In this document: positions 1-11,613 of the stretch, piece by piece | Layout of the letters: each line of letters opens with the position of its first letter | How positions within the stretch are numbered: position 1 is the stretch's first letter | Assembly: GCA_977017575.1 (NCBI GenBank) | Contig: CDRNVI010000040.1 | Span: 744,001 to 808,000, forward strand | Direction: 5' to 3' | DNA: 64,000 bases | Origin: Paramoeba atlantica | Lineage: Eukaryota; Protista; Discosea | Program-made: the position numbers and the translations under genes | The notes under the pieces: model-generated | Seen by the model: only the letters and a program-made list of their open reading frames with translations | Databases searched by the model: none | What the model was told of the DNA's origin: nothing

Positions 1-1930
1 CGATGTGTAAATTAGCTTGTTTCGCTTCCTGTGCGGTAGAGTCAATCATCTTTGAAAGTTCACCCTTTGTGGGGGCCAGCAGGGCAATGCCATCAGCATA
101 GTTAATATCCCGCAACCTCAACTCTTTGACTCCCCTGCTTTTGGTTCCGCTTGTTTCAAGAATAAGACCCAAGGGTTTCGTATCTAGAGCTCTACATAGA
201 ATGCGACCCACCACAAGCACGAAGAGATATGGCGCTAACACATCACCCTGGAGAATACCAGTTTTAATTGGAAAGCCATCCGTATTCCCGTTTGGCGTGC
301 GAACAATCCCATTCAAACCGGTATAGATTGACATGACGGTTCTAGTAATCAAGGGTCCTACATGAAAAGCACGGAGTGCAGCTCTAATTGCCTGAAAAGA
401 AACTGATGGGAAGGCTTTAGCAAAGTCAAGAAACGCCACGGCAATTCCCGATTTATCTCTGGATGCTCGAGTCTTCGTTTCATTAAACAACAGCTGTGCC
501 CCTGCAGTCGATCGTTCTGGTCGAAAACCAAATTGAGTCTCCCGAAGCACTGATTCAATCGAAGGCCGAATGCGCTGCAATATCATACTATTCATCAGTT
601 TGACCACGCTGTTGACAAGGCATATGGGGCGCCAATTATTGATTTGAGTGAGATCACTCTTTTTCGGAATTGGAACCTGTAGCACATTCTTCCAACAATC
701 TGGAGCAACACCAGTTTCTGAAACATTATTGATAAGATCAAGGAGTGTGCGCCGTAATTCTCCGTGTTCCACCATTATACTAAGCACTTCGGCGGCTATT
801 TCATCAATTCCAGGGGCTTTATTTCTTGCTAGCCTAGAGGCTCCAATCTGAAGCTCTTCTTCGGTAAATAATTCATCTCTTATTGGAATCAATGATTTCC
901 TCGCCTCGTCGAATTCGATGTCCGGGTTTCCCTGATCGTCGTTTCCTATGTTTGAAAAGAAATCGCGAACCACTTTCAAAGTCTCGTTCGTCGATGTAGT
1001 GTTAATACATAGGGTGTCGCGGTAAATGCCACATATGTTCCGCAATGTTCTCCACGGGTTTGCCCTGTTAGACCGAAGCCCTTTCTCTATCTCTGCACAC
1101 TCCCGAGAAATTTGATCCTCGATATACTTCCCATGTGTTTCAACAAGTGTCTTGAAGTGTTCTGGTTTCCTGCTTTTCTGAAAGACACGTCGGAACTTCA
1201 TCTCTTCTTTTGTCTCGTTTGAAAAGTGCACTTTATCGCAAGGATCTTCTTGGAAAGTCTTTAGTTCATCGCTCTTGGACATCTTTTTGCATACGCTTTT
1301 CATAGTGTCAGATATCGTTTCCCAAGTTACAACAGGTTCCTTTTGTATTGCCTCCCAAACTTTTTGCTGGAAAGTGACTCGATTCTTTTCATCACGTAAT
1401 TTTATCCATGGAATCCAAGACGATCCTCGCTTACGCCCAGAGCGCCATTTGATATCAACAGTTGCCATAACTACACAATGTGTAGTTGGTATCGGTGACT
1501 TCAGAACTTTATGCCCGCATAGGCTGGAAGAAAACCTGTCACCAACTAGAATGTGATCGAGTTGTCTCTTCACATCTCCTGTCAAAAGCTTGTTCGTCTC
1601 GGGGTACTTGCCACTATCAAGCTGTTTACCAATTTCTACAAAATCTGATTTACAGTTCTCGGAATTATTTCTGGATCCTATTAAATTCATAGATGTATGT
1701 TCCTTATGTTTGCTAATACCAGAGGGTCCTTTCGAGATTGATTTCATTCTGCTGAGCAGTTTTTCTTTCTTCCTCCTACAAGGAAGCTCACACGTCCATT
1801 TTCTTCGGATTGGGCAGATAGAATGTGCTGACTTGCAACCTATTGCCTTTTCGCGCGGTACGTCCAACAACAGTCCCTTTCAATTTGTAGCTCTCTGAAT
1901 TCTGCCGAAACCCCCACTCTATTACGCATT
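1..1930 (-). mobile_element. Non-LTR retrotransposon fragment (APE C-terminal half to RT motifs), diverged paralogue of the 3379-7490 element
   Basis: Minus strand reads AHSICPIRRKWTCELP...RQLDHILVG, NWRPICLV, GILQGDVLAPYL and DINYADG. It is collinear with 4290-6150 and carries stops and frameshifts. Confidence 0.9.
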
Positions 1931-2079
1931 CAGTGCCTTTCCCCCATTTCGCTACGGTGTTGTGAACTTGATCTGCTGATTTTGTACTGTTGTTTAGCAT
2001 CGCCATTTCTCCCTGATCAGCGTCGGAATCACTGTCTAGCGTCATTTGATCACGCGCAAGTTTTCCTGGCCAATTTTCT

Positions 2080-2160
2080 TTTTTAGGCTCTTCTTTAAAC
2101 GCGGCGGTAGTTTTCAACGTGAAGCGCGCAGCATGATTAACTTCTAAGTCGAAAACAACC
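2080..2160 (-). repeat. Partial terminal hairpin of the R1 element
   Basis: ttttaggctcttctttaaacgcggcggtagttttcaacg matches the hairpin at 44730-44840. Confidence 0.8.
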
Positions 2161-2259
2161 GAGCAAAATTAGTTGGTCGTTTACTTCGCCACAGCACCTC
2201 TTATAAGGCTTCTCCTTATAAGCTTCTCCTCTGGAATGGGAGAGAAAAGTCGCGTAAGC

Positions 2260-2972
2260 TTTCAGCGGCCAAAGAATGTATTCGTGACTTGGGAATCACG
2301 CTCGAAGAGGCCCATTTGCATTTTCGCACGATAGAGCTTACTGGCAGAACCTCGTTGAAGGTTTAAAGAATCAACTGGAACCCACCCCCTCACTTGTTGA
2401 AGTAACATCCCCGCGCTGGAAAACGATGCTCAATCGTGCAATAAGGTGTAATTCGTGTTACGACTTTCAATTCGTTGAAGAAAATACAACTCCTCTTCCA
2501 AGTATTTCCAACGAGGATCATGTGTACACGGACGGTTCGATTTACCACGAGCACGTTTCTTCGCAGAGAACAGGTGGAGCTGAAATTGTTACAGTTGGGC
2601 CAAAAGTCGCCATTGGGCCTCAGTTGGTGCGCTGCCACCCCCTCCTACTGAGCGAGGAAACTCCGGATAGGTCTGAAATTCAGACAATAATTGCTGCCTT
2701 TTCTTATTTGCCTGATGAAGCGAACACTTTCGTCTTTCACACTGACTCCGCCTACGTATGGCATTTTTTCCATGTGATTCGACATAAACAGCGGATCATT
2801 TGCTATACCGACGTTCCGAAAGGAGATTTGCTTCAGACCCTGGATTACACCATTCGCTCGCGCGAGGCAACTGGATCTACCATTTATTTATACAAAGTTA
2901 TGGCTCACACTGGCAACCATTGGAATGAGGCAGGGGATCAATTGGCAAAACAAGGATCTCGGAGACATATAG
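2260..2972 (+). pseudogene. LINE 3' fragment: RT thumb and RNase H
   Basis: DLGITLEEA, then YTDGS...HTDSAYVW...KVMAHTGNHWNEAGDQLAK in ORF 2426..3253. The ORF's C-terminal ~90 aa is read-through into a SINE. Confidence 0.85.
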
Positions 2973-3377
2973 AAAAAAAATCATTTCCGGATTGCTCCGG
3001 ATGGTCACTGGCAAGCCAGACCCTTCACAGACAGATTTGGAAGTTCCGAGGCCGACGTCCTCTACCAGTTTCCGCTTTTCCAAGGCGGCACCAACATGCT
3101 GTTGCCAACACGTTGCGTCGACTAACTGTACGTCAACACGGCTTGCCCAAGAGGTGTAAGCCGGGTAAGGGAGCTGGTTCACTGAGGGGAGGGCCAGGGA
3201 CGGTCCTCCGAGTACTGGGCCTAGTCGGTTATCAGCCCAGCCTCTTAGAGTGAGCCCGCCGGGAATATTGCGATGAGCGGATTTGAACTCGCCGTCTGAG
3301 CACATCAGGAATGATATGTAGACCTTCGCGATACATCTTTGAGTAGTCGAGCGTTGCAGGGCCGTAAAGCTCCTTAC
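2972..3377 (-). mobile_element. SINE-B variant with a replaced 5' head
   Basis: The body is nearly identical to the other SINE-B copies (22762, 28689, 37312). The ~80-nt 5' segment is shared only with 23100-23177. Confidence 0.85.
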
Positions 3378-5752
3378 TGATCCTCATAAAAGGCTTCTGC
3401 TTCAGCTATCTCGGAAGAAGGAGCCTCAAGTCGTAATGATATAAACTTGTCTTTTGTCCACTTTTGTCGGATTACTAGGCCCGCTCCGCTTCTGTATTCT
3501 TGTTTGGTTTTAAGTAAGCGGACAGACCCATCGATGTAAATGTGTACCTCTTTATCTTTGATGGGAAATGGTTCACTATCTTCTTCCAAAAACTGTAAAT
3601 CATACAAGCTTTCTTTTTCGATCGCGTCTTTGTAAAGGCTTTTCCATTTTGATGTTTTAACGCGAACGTAATCAGGGAGTGGTTCTAATATTTGGTGTAA
3701 ATTTTCACAGAGTTTTTTCCAATGAATGCGGTCTTGAGAGTACACCAGAGCTTCCTCCAGAGTTATCCCCAGATCTCTGATGCATGATTCAGCTGGTGAC
3801 ATGGAGCGCGACGTTTCCTTGCTTTTCCATTGTATAAGTTCTCTAAACATCGAGGAGTGTCGAAGAATATGTCCTACAAGCTTTGCGCGACTGACACGGT
3901 GTATTGTTGAAAAGCGCGGTGTACCACAATAAAGAGATTCCAATGGGTAGCAGTGACCAAATTCATCCAGCTTTGCACATTGGCACGCGAATCTACGCAT
4001 CATGTTTATTTCGACCTCAATTGAGCGAATCATGGCATTAGGAATTGTTATTGAAGCTGCTCCAAATGTGAGTATGGGGTAAACGAGACAATTGAACAAG
4101 CGTAGTTTCGTCTCTGCGTTCAATGGTGAATCCCAAATTCCTCGTATCTTTCACGGATGAGGAAGAATCGGCAGCGTCCTGCATGTTCCCAAGATACCGG
4201 TATTTATCGACATACGGGATTTTCCCAAAAGAAATAGTACGAAGATCGCGAGTTCCGCCAGGAATTTTTCCGAATGCCAACCAAGCATCAGACTAAGCAG
4301 CCTTAGTCTGACCAACGGCAATGTGTAGATTAGCCTGTTTTGCCTCATTTGCTGTTGATTCAATCATTTGAGAAAGTTCACGCTTTGTGGAAGCCATCAG
4401 GGCAATATCGTCAGCGTAATTAATGTCCAGCAACCTTACTTCCTTGATCCCCCTACTTTTGGTTCCGCTGGTTTGAAGAACAATGCCTAAGGGTTTGTTG
4501 TCTATGGCTCTATATAGAATACGGTCTACAACAAGGACGAAAAGATACGGAGCTAAAACATCACCCTGGAGAATTCCAGTTTCGATCGGAAAAGGATCCG
4601 TGTTCCCATGCGGCGTCCGAACAATTCCCATCAATCCAGTATATATAGACATAATTGTTCGAGTAAGAAGGGGCCCGACGTGAAAAGAATTTAATGCAGC
4701 TCTAATGGCTTGAAAGGAAACTGATGGGAAAGCCTTTGCGAAATCAAGAAAAGCCACAGCAATTCCTGATTTATCTAGTGATGCCCTAGCCTTTGTCTCG
4801 TTAAGCAATAAGCCCCTGCAGTAGATCGTTCGGGTCGAAATCCGTACTGACTATCCCTTAGCACTGGTTCAATGGAGGGTCTAATGCGCTGTAGAATCAT
4901 ACTATTCATAAGTTTCACCACGCTGTTCACCAAGCATATGGGGCGCCAGTTAGAGATTTGAGAGAGATCACCCTTTTTCGGAATAGGAACCTGCAAAACA
5001 TTCTTCCAAGAGTCCGTGGCAACCCCCGTTTCGCAAACATTATTAATAAGATCAAGGAGTGTGCTCCGTAATTCACTGTGTTCCATCATAATGCTTAGTA
5101 CTTCAGCGGGTATTTCATATATTCCCGGAGCTTTGTTTCGTGCCAGTCGTGCTACTCCATTCTGAAGCTCTTCCGTTGTAAAGATTTCATCGTTAATAGG
5201 AATGGAAGACTTTCTAGCTTCGTCAAAGACAATGCTCGCATTGCCACGATCATCATTTCCTATGCTAGAAAAGAAGCCTCGAACCACTTTTAAGGTCTCA
5301 TTCGTTGATGAAGTGTCAATACATAGGGTGTCACGATAGATTCCACATATCCTTCGTAACGTTCGCCAGGGGTTCGCCCTATTAGACCGAAGACCATTTT
5401 CTATTTCTGTGCACTCCAGAGAAATTTGCTCTTCAATAGTTTTCCCATGCAATTTAACGATTTCTTTGAACTGTGCGGGTTTCCTACTTTGCAGAAAAAT
5501 ATCTCGAAATTTCATCGATCCGTTTGTCTCGCCTGAAGAGTGTACGTTGTCATGTGTTACTGCTTCTTTTGTATCATCACTCTTACATATCTTGTTGCAT
5601 ACACTCTTCATAGTTTCAGAGAGATCACCCCACGTTACAACAGATTCCTGCTGGGTTGCCTCCAACACTTTTGTTTGGAAAGTGGCTCGTTTCGTGTCAT
5701 CACGTAGTTTTATCCATGGTATTCAAGATGTGCCGCGAGTGCGCCCCTTCCG

Positions 5753-7210
5753 TCATTTAATTTCTACATCTGCCATAACTACGCAATGTGTGGTTGGTGT
5801 CGGTGCCTTTAAAACTTTATGCGCACATAAACTAGAAGAGAACCGATCCCCAACTAAAATATGATCAAGTTGCCTCGTCACTCTATCTCCTTCATTTTTC
5901 CCTGACTTGAAATGGTCGCCTCCACTGATGGTTTCACTACTCTCTGCAACCTTTGATTTACAGTTATTGAACTTATCACTGGATCCCATCAAATCCAAAG
6001 ATGTATGGCTCTGAATTTTGATATCATCAGACGGTCTCTTTAAGCTTGATTTCCCACCTTTGAGCTCTACTCCTGTTTTCTTTCTGCAAGGAAGTGTGCA
6101 TGTCCATTTGCGTCGACTAGGGCATAGAGAATGTGCTGATTTGCATCCTATTGTTGCCATAAGACCTTTCAACTGGGAAACAGCCGGTGGGTCCATTTTC
6201 TTATTTGTTATTAAGGTAAGGGGTGCGTTGAAGCCCCCCATGACCAACAAAGGTCGTCGCCTCACCTTTGTGCCAACCTCACGGCACGCCTTTGCCACAT
6301 CCCCCAGAAAGGCCGCATGTGCGGTCTCTGAGGAGTCCCTCGTAGGGGCGTAAACATTAAATAGCATACCCTTCCCTCCCTCAAGGGAATATTCAGCTCC
6401 CATAACCCTTCCACTCACCTTCCACACATTTCCTAGTAACCTTCGGCTAACGATAGCCATGCCGTTGTATGAATCCACGCTTGTGGCAGACTGAAGGTAT
6501 ACATGAAACCTATGTCCCAAATATTCGACCTTCCTATAAATAATTCCATCCTCGTGAACATCCTTGGAAAATTTATACCTAGTTTCCTGTAAGCACATAA
6601 TGTCGGCCCCCTTTTCTATCATGAAAGAGAATACCTCACAAAGACGAGTGCATCTTCGAAAGGAAAACTCGTCTTCCCCCTCAAGTTTTAGTGTCGTCAC
6701 GTTCAGTGTGCTCACTGTCGTGTTTCTCCTCTCAGCGGAACCTCTAGGATTCTCCAATTGGCGTCGAGCATGCATGCCACGCAATGCCCGTGGTTTATGA
6801 GGGCTGTGACGGGCAGTTCTTCGGACCACTTTTTTAGGATGGCACACCTGCGCGGCACAGAGAACTACACCAGTAGAAGAAAAGGGGGGGAAATGGAGAG
6901 TTGTGTGCGGACGCTCCTCGTACCGCACGCGGAATGCACCTGAACGACTTTCCGAGGAAAGCAATTCAGGATGCACCCCTAAAACACTCCCCGACCAAAG
7001 ATAAAGTTTGCTACAGGTCTCGTATCTCCATACAACACGAAGCGTTGACCCCAAGCGAGTAGTCTTACAGACTGCGCGCACCGCCCGCTGGCGGAGTTTA
7101 GCAAGCTCTTTCCCGACCGGAGGAAGGAAAACAACTCCCCGAACACGCTTGGTCCGCAAAAGAGTTTCAACGGCCTCTGTCCCCTTCTGCGTGCCGGAAG
7201 CATCCGCCAT
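5753..7210 (-). CDS. N-terminal domain plus APE endonuclease of L-c
   Basis: Starts MADASG and carries APE motifs. GD is mutated to GG in VMGGFNA. Confidence 0.85.
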   Translation of the reverse strand: MADASGTQKGTEAVETLLRTKRVRGVVFLPPVGKELAKLRQRAVRAVCKTTRLGSTLRVVWRYETCSKLYLWSGSVLGVHPELLSSESRSGAFRVRYEERPHTTLHFPPFSSTGVVLCAAQVCHPKKVVRRTARHSPHKPRALRGMHARRQLENPRGSAERRNTTVSTLNVTTLKLEGEDEFSFRRCTRLCEVFSFMIEKGADIMCLQETRYKFSKDVHEDGIIYRKVEYLGHRFHVYLQSATSVDSYNGMAIVSRRLLGNVWKVSGRVMGAEYSLEGGKGMLFNVYAPTRDSSETAHAAFLGDVAKACREVGTKVRRRPLLVMGGFNAPLTLITNKKMDPPAVSQLKGLMATIGCKSAHSLCPSRRKWTCTLPCRKKTGVELKGGKSSLKRPSDDIKIQSHTSLDLMGSSDKFNNCKSKVAESSETISGGDHFKSGKNEGDRVTRQLDHILVGDRFSSSLCAHKVLKAPTPTTHCVVMADVEIK

Positions 7211-7227
7211 ATTTTTTATAAACGAAT

Positions 7228-7490
7228 TATAAAGAATGTGTTCATTATAAAAAATGTGTTCATTATAAAAAATGTGTTCATTATAAAAAATGTGTTCATT
7301 ATAAAAAATGTGTTCATTATAAAAAATGTGTTCATTATAAAAAATGTGTTCATTATAAAAAATGTGTTCTCCTGTCCCACCCTCTCTCTTTTTTTTTTTT
7401 TTTTATAAAAAATGTGTTCATTATAAAAAATGTGTTCATTATAAAAAAATGTGTTCATTATAAAAAATGTGTTCATTATAAAAAATGTGT
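7228..7490 (-). repeat. 5'-terminal 18-bp tandem array of L-c, (aatgaacacattttttat)n
   Basis: About 8 plus 5 units, separated by a duplicated 21-nt piece of flanking DNA and poly-T at 7369-7404. Confidence 0.95.
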
Positions 7491-8738
7491 TCTCCTGTCC
7501 CACCCTCTCTCTGAGAATAGCTCTCTCTGAGAATAGTATGACCCTGCTCGTTTTTTTTTCTCTACATATATACAAAATGCAAACCGTGTTTTTGGTGGCC
7601 AGCTGGCCACTTTTCGACGAAGCACAAACCGTATTTTTGGTGGCCAGCTGGCCACTCTTCCACAACACTCTCTTTTTATTTTTGTTTTTTAGCTGGCCAC
7701 CCTTCCACAACATGGACAGCTGGCCACCCTTCCACAACACGGCCAGCTGGCCACTCTTCCACAACACTCTCCCACCCCCGTGGGACTCACTCAGTGGACT
7801 CACTCAACGTGAGTCACTGCCCCACGTGGCAGTGCTCTGACTCTCTCACGTGCCACTGTAGGTACAGTGCCGATGCAGCCACTACCTTACGTGGCAGTAC
7901 TCTCACTCTCTCACGTGCTACTGCAGCTGCACTGCATCACTGCAGTCACTGCCTCACGTGGCATTGCCTCTCACTCTGCCACTGTATCTACACTGCGATT
8001 ACTGCCTCACGTGGCAGTACACTTACTCTCTCACGTGCCACTGTATCTACACTGCAGTCGCTGCCTCACGTGACACTACTCTTACTCTCGCATGTGCCAA
8101 TGCAGTTGCACTGCGATTACTGCCTCACGTGGCAGTACTCTCACTCTCTCACGTGCTACTGCAGCTACACTTCAGTCACTGCCCAACGTGGCACTACTCT
8201 TACTCTCTCACGTGCCACTGCAGCTACACTGCATCACTGCAGTCACTGCCTCACATGGCAGTGCACTTACTCTGGCACGTGCCACTGCAGCTGCACTGCA
8301 TCACTGTGCAATCACTGCCTCACGTGGCACTGCTCTCACTCTCTCAAGGGCCACTGTAGCTACACACTGTACCACTCGGACCTGCACATTATTTTTCTCT
8401 CTCTATATATATAAAATGCAAACCGTGTTTTTGGTGGCCAGCTGGCCACTTTTTTCAAGAAAAAAAAATCTGAAAAAAAAATCGTTCCGAATTTGTTTTT
8501 TTCGCGATTTTGAGCATATAATTTTTTTTGTTCAAAAATGTCGATGCCGGGAATCGAACCGCGGACATCCAGCGTCAAAATGGAACCCCTTTACCAACTG
8601 GACTACTCAAAGGACTCTCCTTAGTCAACCAGTTTGTCGTATCGCAGACCTTTGCAGACGCACTTTTTTTTACCAAAAGTGTTCTACAATTTGGGAAATG
8701 AGGTCTTTGTAGATGATTTTTCGAGTATTAAAGAGTTA
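7491..8738. repeat. R2 non-coding repeat with internal 27-bp and ~50-bp satellite arrays
   Basis: Collinear with 26590-28408. A direct repeat atatatacaaaatgcaaaccgtgtttttggtggccagctggccact brackets the arrays. Confidence 0.9.
8540..8612 (-). ncRNA. tRNA-like Pol III unit (degenerate; not a folded tRNA)
   Basis: A box TAGTCCAGTTGG, B box GGTTCGATTCC and a TTTTT terminator directly after. The acceptor stem does not pair. Confidence 0.55.
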
Positions 8739-8871
8739 AGGGGTGTCATGTTCTATATAAAATAACTAGCAATTGGTGAGCCCAAAACTAGCAAATGTAT
8801 GTAAATTGTGCCGCTAACATGAAACAATAAAAATTAAAACAGAGAAACAAGCAAAACAAGCTATTTTTTTT

Positions 8872-9033
8872 GAAGACCTTTGTTTTTTTGAAGACCTTTG
8901 CTTTTTTGAAGACCTTTGCTTTTTTGAAGACCTTTGTTTTTTTGAAGACCTTTGCTTTTTTGAAGACCTTTGTTTTTTTGAAGACCTTTGTTTTTTTGAA
9001 GACCTTTGTTTTTTTGAAGACCTTTGTTTTTTT
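8872..9033 (+). repeat. 5'-terminal 18-bp array of L-d, (gaagacctttg[t/c]tttttt)x9
   Basis: Nine units, then the hairpin tttttgaa-tattc-ttcaaaaa and the ATG. Confidence 0.95.
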
Positions 9034-11526
9034 GAATATTCTTCAAAAACATGGCGAAGGCGTCCGGGCCTTGCGAGAATAGTATAGTGAATCTTCTAGT
9101 ACGGTCCACGTTAGGTCTGGGTGTCCTTTTTGAACCAACTTTGGATTTTGATGGACATGCTAAACTTCGCCTGCGTACTGTGATGAGTATATGTAAAATT
9201 CTTCGTCCTGGAGACTGCATCGCGCTGTGCTGGCGATATGCGGGGGCTGCGGAGTATCGGGTTTGTAGGGGGGATGTCACACATAGAGGTTATGGGTCTC
9301 TCTTTCAGCTAGGTCGCTGGCGGGTGAAATACTACCGGCGATCGGAAACGCTTCCTTTCCCGCCGTATGACCCACGTATAGTGCTGTGTGGGGTGCGAAT
9401 TCGGAAACCTCGACGTTCGAATACCCGAAAGAAAGTACGTAAAAATATGGCACTGTGTGGCAAGCATGCTCTTCGCGACAACGACCCTGAAGGGTCTGCT
9501 GTGAGGAAGTATTTATCTATAGGAACTCTTAACACGACTTCGTTGAAACTTAAGGGCGACGACGTTTTCAGACTGAAAGCATCCTCCCGATTCCATGAAA
9601 CATTGCGATATATGGCTCAGAAAGATTTGCATGTTCTGGCTTTAAAGTAAACAAGATTCTCTTTTACTTCTAGCGGTGGGTCTGACATTTTGCGCAGGCA
9701 ACTACGGTACGGAGATAAACACTTTTTCATCTACCTTTTGTCGGCGGTGAATGGGTACAACGGTATGGGGTTTATCTCTCAGCATCCGTTTTTGAAGGTT
9801 TGGAAGGTGAGTGACAGGATCATGGGGGCCGAGTTTACTATAGAAGGGGGGTCGGCCTTTATCATGAATGTATACGGGCCGACGCGCGATTTTTCACAAG
9901 ATGCAATGGAAGAGTTTGACATTTCTCTCACCACTGCGTTTCATGACGCAGTTGGTAAATATTCACGACGGCCAGCTCTTCTCCTTGGAGATTTGAATGC
10001 ACCGCTCACTTTTAAAAATAAGACGGAAGAGGACGCGCTATCAATGGAAAGATTAGAAGGCCTTTTAGAAGGAATAAATTCTAAATCGGGGCACACCTTA
10101 TGCCCAAGCCGCCGTAAATATACATGTATACTGCCGAACGATGCTAAGCGACAGCTCGATCACATTGCAGTTTGTTCGCGCTTTGCGTCTGCCCTACATA
10201 AACATCAAGTTTTTGGCGCACCAACACCAACTGTACACTTTCTGGTGAGAGCCGAGATCAAGATCAAATGGAAAGTTTCCACAAATACCCACAGAAATAA
10301 GATTCCCTGGCTTCAACTTTCTAACCCAGAATATAGTGAAAAATTTGACAAACGAATCTGCGATCATGTCAATGGCGAACTGCACAACAAGGATTTCCCT
10401 TCCTGGGATCTTCTTGCCTCTTGCCTTCGATCGTCTGGCATGGAAATTCCAAAACCACAAAACAAAATATCTCTTGAAATCCATTCGCCAATGGAAACGC
10501 TTGAAGGAGCCGAAACTGGTTATTTGCGCAGAATCTTTGAGCTAAGCAGAAAGCATAAGGACTTCAATGAATTGGTTTTACAAACACAGGTGCCAATAGA
10601 GGAAGCAATAGCCAAATCATGTGATGTCCTGGAAACTAAACTAAAGAAGAATCATGCCAGCCCATGGAGAGCTCTGAAAGAAATATGTGGATTTCATCGC
10701 GCCGATTTTAAGATTTCAGGGACCTGTAATAAACAAAAGCTGGCGGAAATCAAATCATTCTTCGAAGCCTTTGCGGGAGACGCCGGGGGGGACACGAATA
10801 TAAAATTTCCTGAGGCCAAACCATCCCCTAACACGATTAACGACTTCACTTTTACGGAAGAAGAGCTTCAAATTGGCATCTCACACTTTGGTATGGGAAA
10901 ATCGCCAGGCAAAGACGAAATACCAATGGAAGCCTTGAAATGCATAGCTGGTAACGAGTTACTTCGAGATTGGCTGCTATGTGTCATAAACAGAGTTCAC
11001 GATACCGGGATGGCTCCGGATGTTTGGGGTGATGTCTTAGAAGTTCCTATACCAAAAAAGGGTGATTTGGGTCTTCTTAAGAACTGGCGACCTATTTGCT
11101 TAGTGAATTGCATCGTCAAACTAATGAACAGTTTAATCTTGCAACGAATGAGACCTTATGTGGAGCCCGTGCTTCGCGAGAATCAATATGGGTTTCGACC
11201 AGATCGCTCAACAACTCAAGCCCAGGAGATTCTCAACGAAGCAAGAGTTAAAGCTTTGCGGGAAAATGGGCAACATTGGTTTCGTGGATTTTGCAAAGGC
11301 TTTTCCATCTGTTTCGTTTGATGCTATCAGGGCATCTCTGGTAGCATTCCACATTGGCCCCAAGTTAGTAGAAATGATTATGTCGGTCTATCGCAATATG
11401 AGAGGCGTCGTTCGTACACTGTACGGGCTAACGGAAGCTTTCCCCATCACGACAGGAATTCTACAGGGCGACGTTCTCGCACCGTACCTCTTTGTTATGG
11501 TCCTGGATCGAATATTATTTAAGGCA
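8872..11526 (+). mobile_element. Non-LTR retrotransposon L-d, 5' half (N-domain, APE, RT up to the QGD motif)
   Basis: ATG at 9051 (MAKASG), a stop at 9650, ORF 9690..11321 with APE motifs and WRPICLVN, a frameshift near 11270, and an end at DRILFKA where L-e begins. Confidence 0.92.
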
Positions 11527-11613
11527 AAAGATCAAGTTTTTTGTAAAGATCAAGTTTTTTGTAAAGATCAAGTTTTTTGTAAAGATCAAGTTTTTTGTAA
11601 ATTTATTTGCAAA

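Larger units (their letters stand above)
3379..7490 (-). mobile_element. Near full-length non-LTR retrotransposon L-c (N-domain, APE, RT, partial RNase H), frameshifted
   Basis: ORFs 5753..7210, 4775..5668, 4293..4808 and 3374..4123 give STLNVTTL, LQETR, NVYAP, QLDHILV, WRPICLVN, QYGFRP, FLDFAKAFPSV, GILQGDVLAPYLF, YADD and YIDGS. It is cut in RNase H by the SINE, and its 5' end is an 18-bp array. Confidence 0.93.

Noticed and set aside
7794-8712. Cys/His-rich ORFs over R2, and Pro-, Phe-, Glu- or Ser-rich ORFs over R1, microsatellites and the C-rich tract
   Set aside because: These are translations of tandem or low-complexity repeats that are open in several frames.
11521-11540. ggcaaaagatcaagt resembles U2 snRNA (ggctaagatcaagt), a known retrotransposon target
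   Set aside because: aaggca belongs to L-d (FKA), the rest is the array unit, and no other U2 sequence is present.
7228-11598. 18-bp arrays or R2 arrays as CRISPR
   Set aside because: They are head-to-tail repeats with no unique spacers and no cas genes.
8872-11598. 18-bp units as spliced-leader sequences
   Set aside because: The units differ between subfamilies and do not match the kinetoplastid, diplonemid, euglenid or dinoflagellate leaders as I recall them. No SL RNA gene with a GT donor and Sm site was seen.
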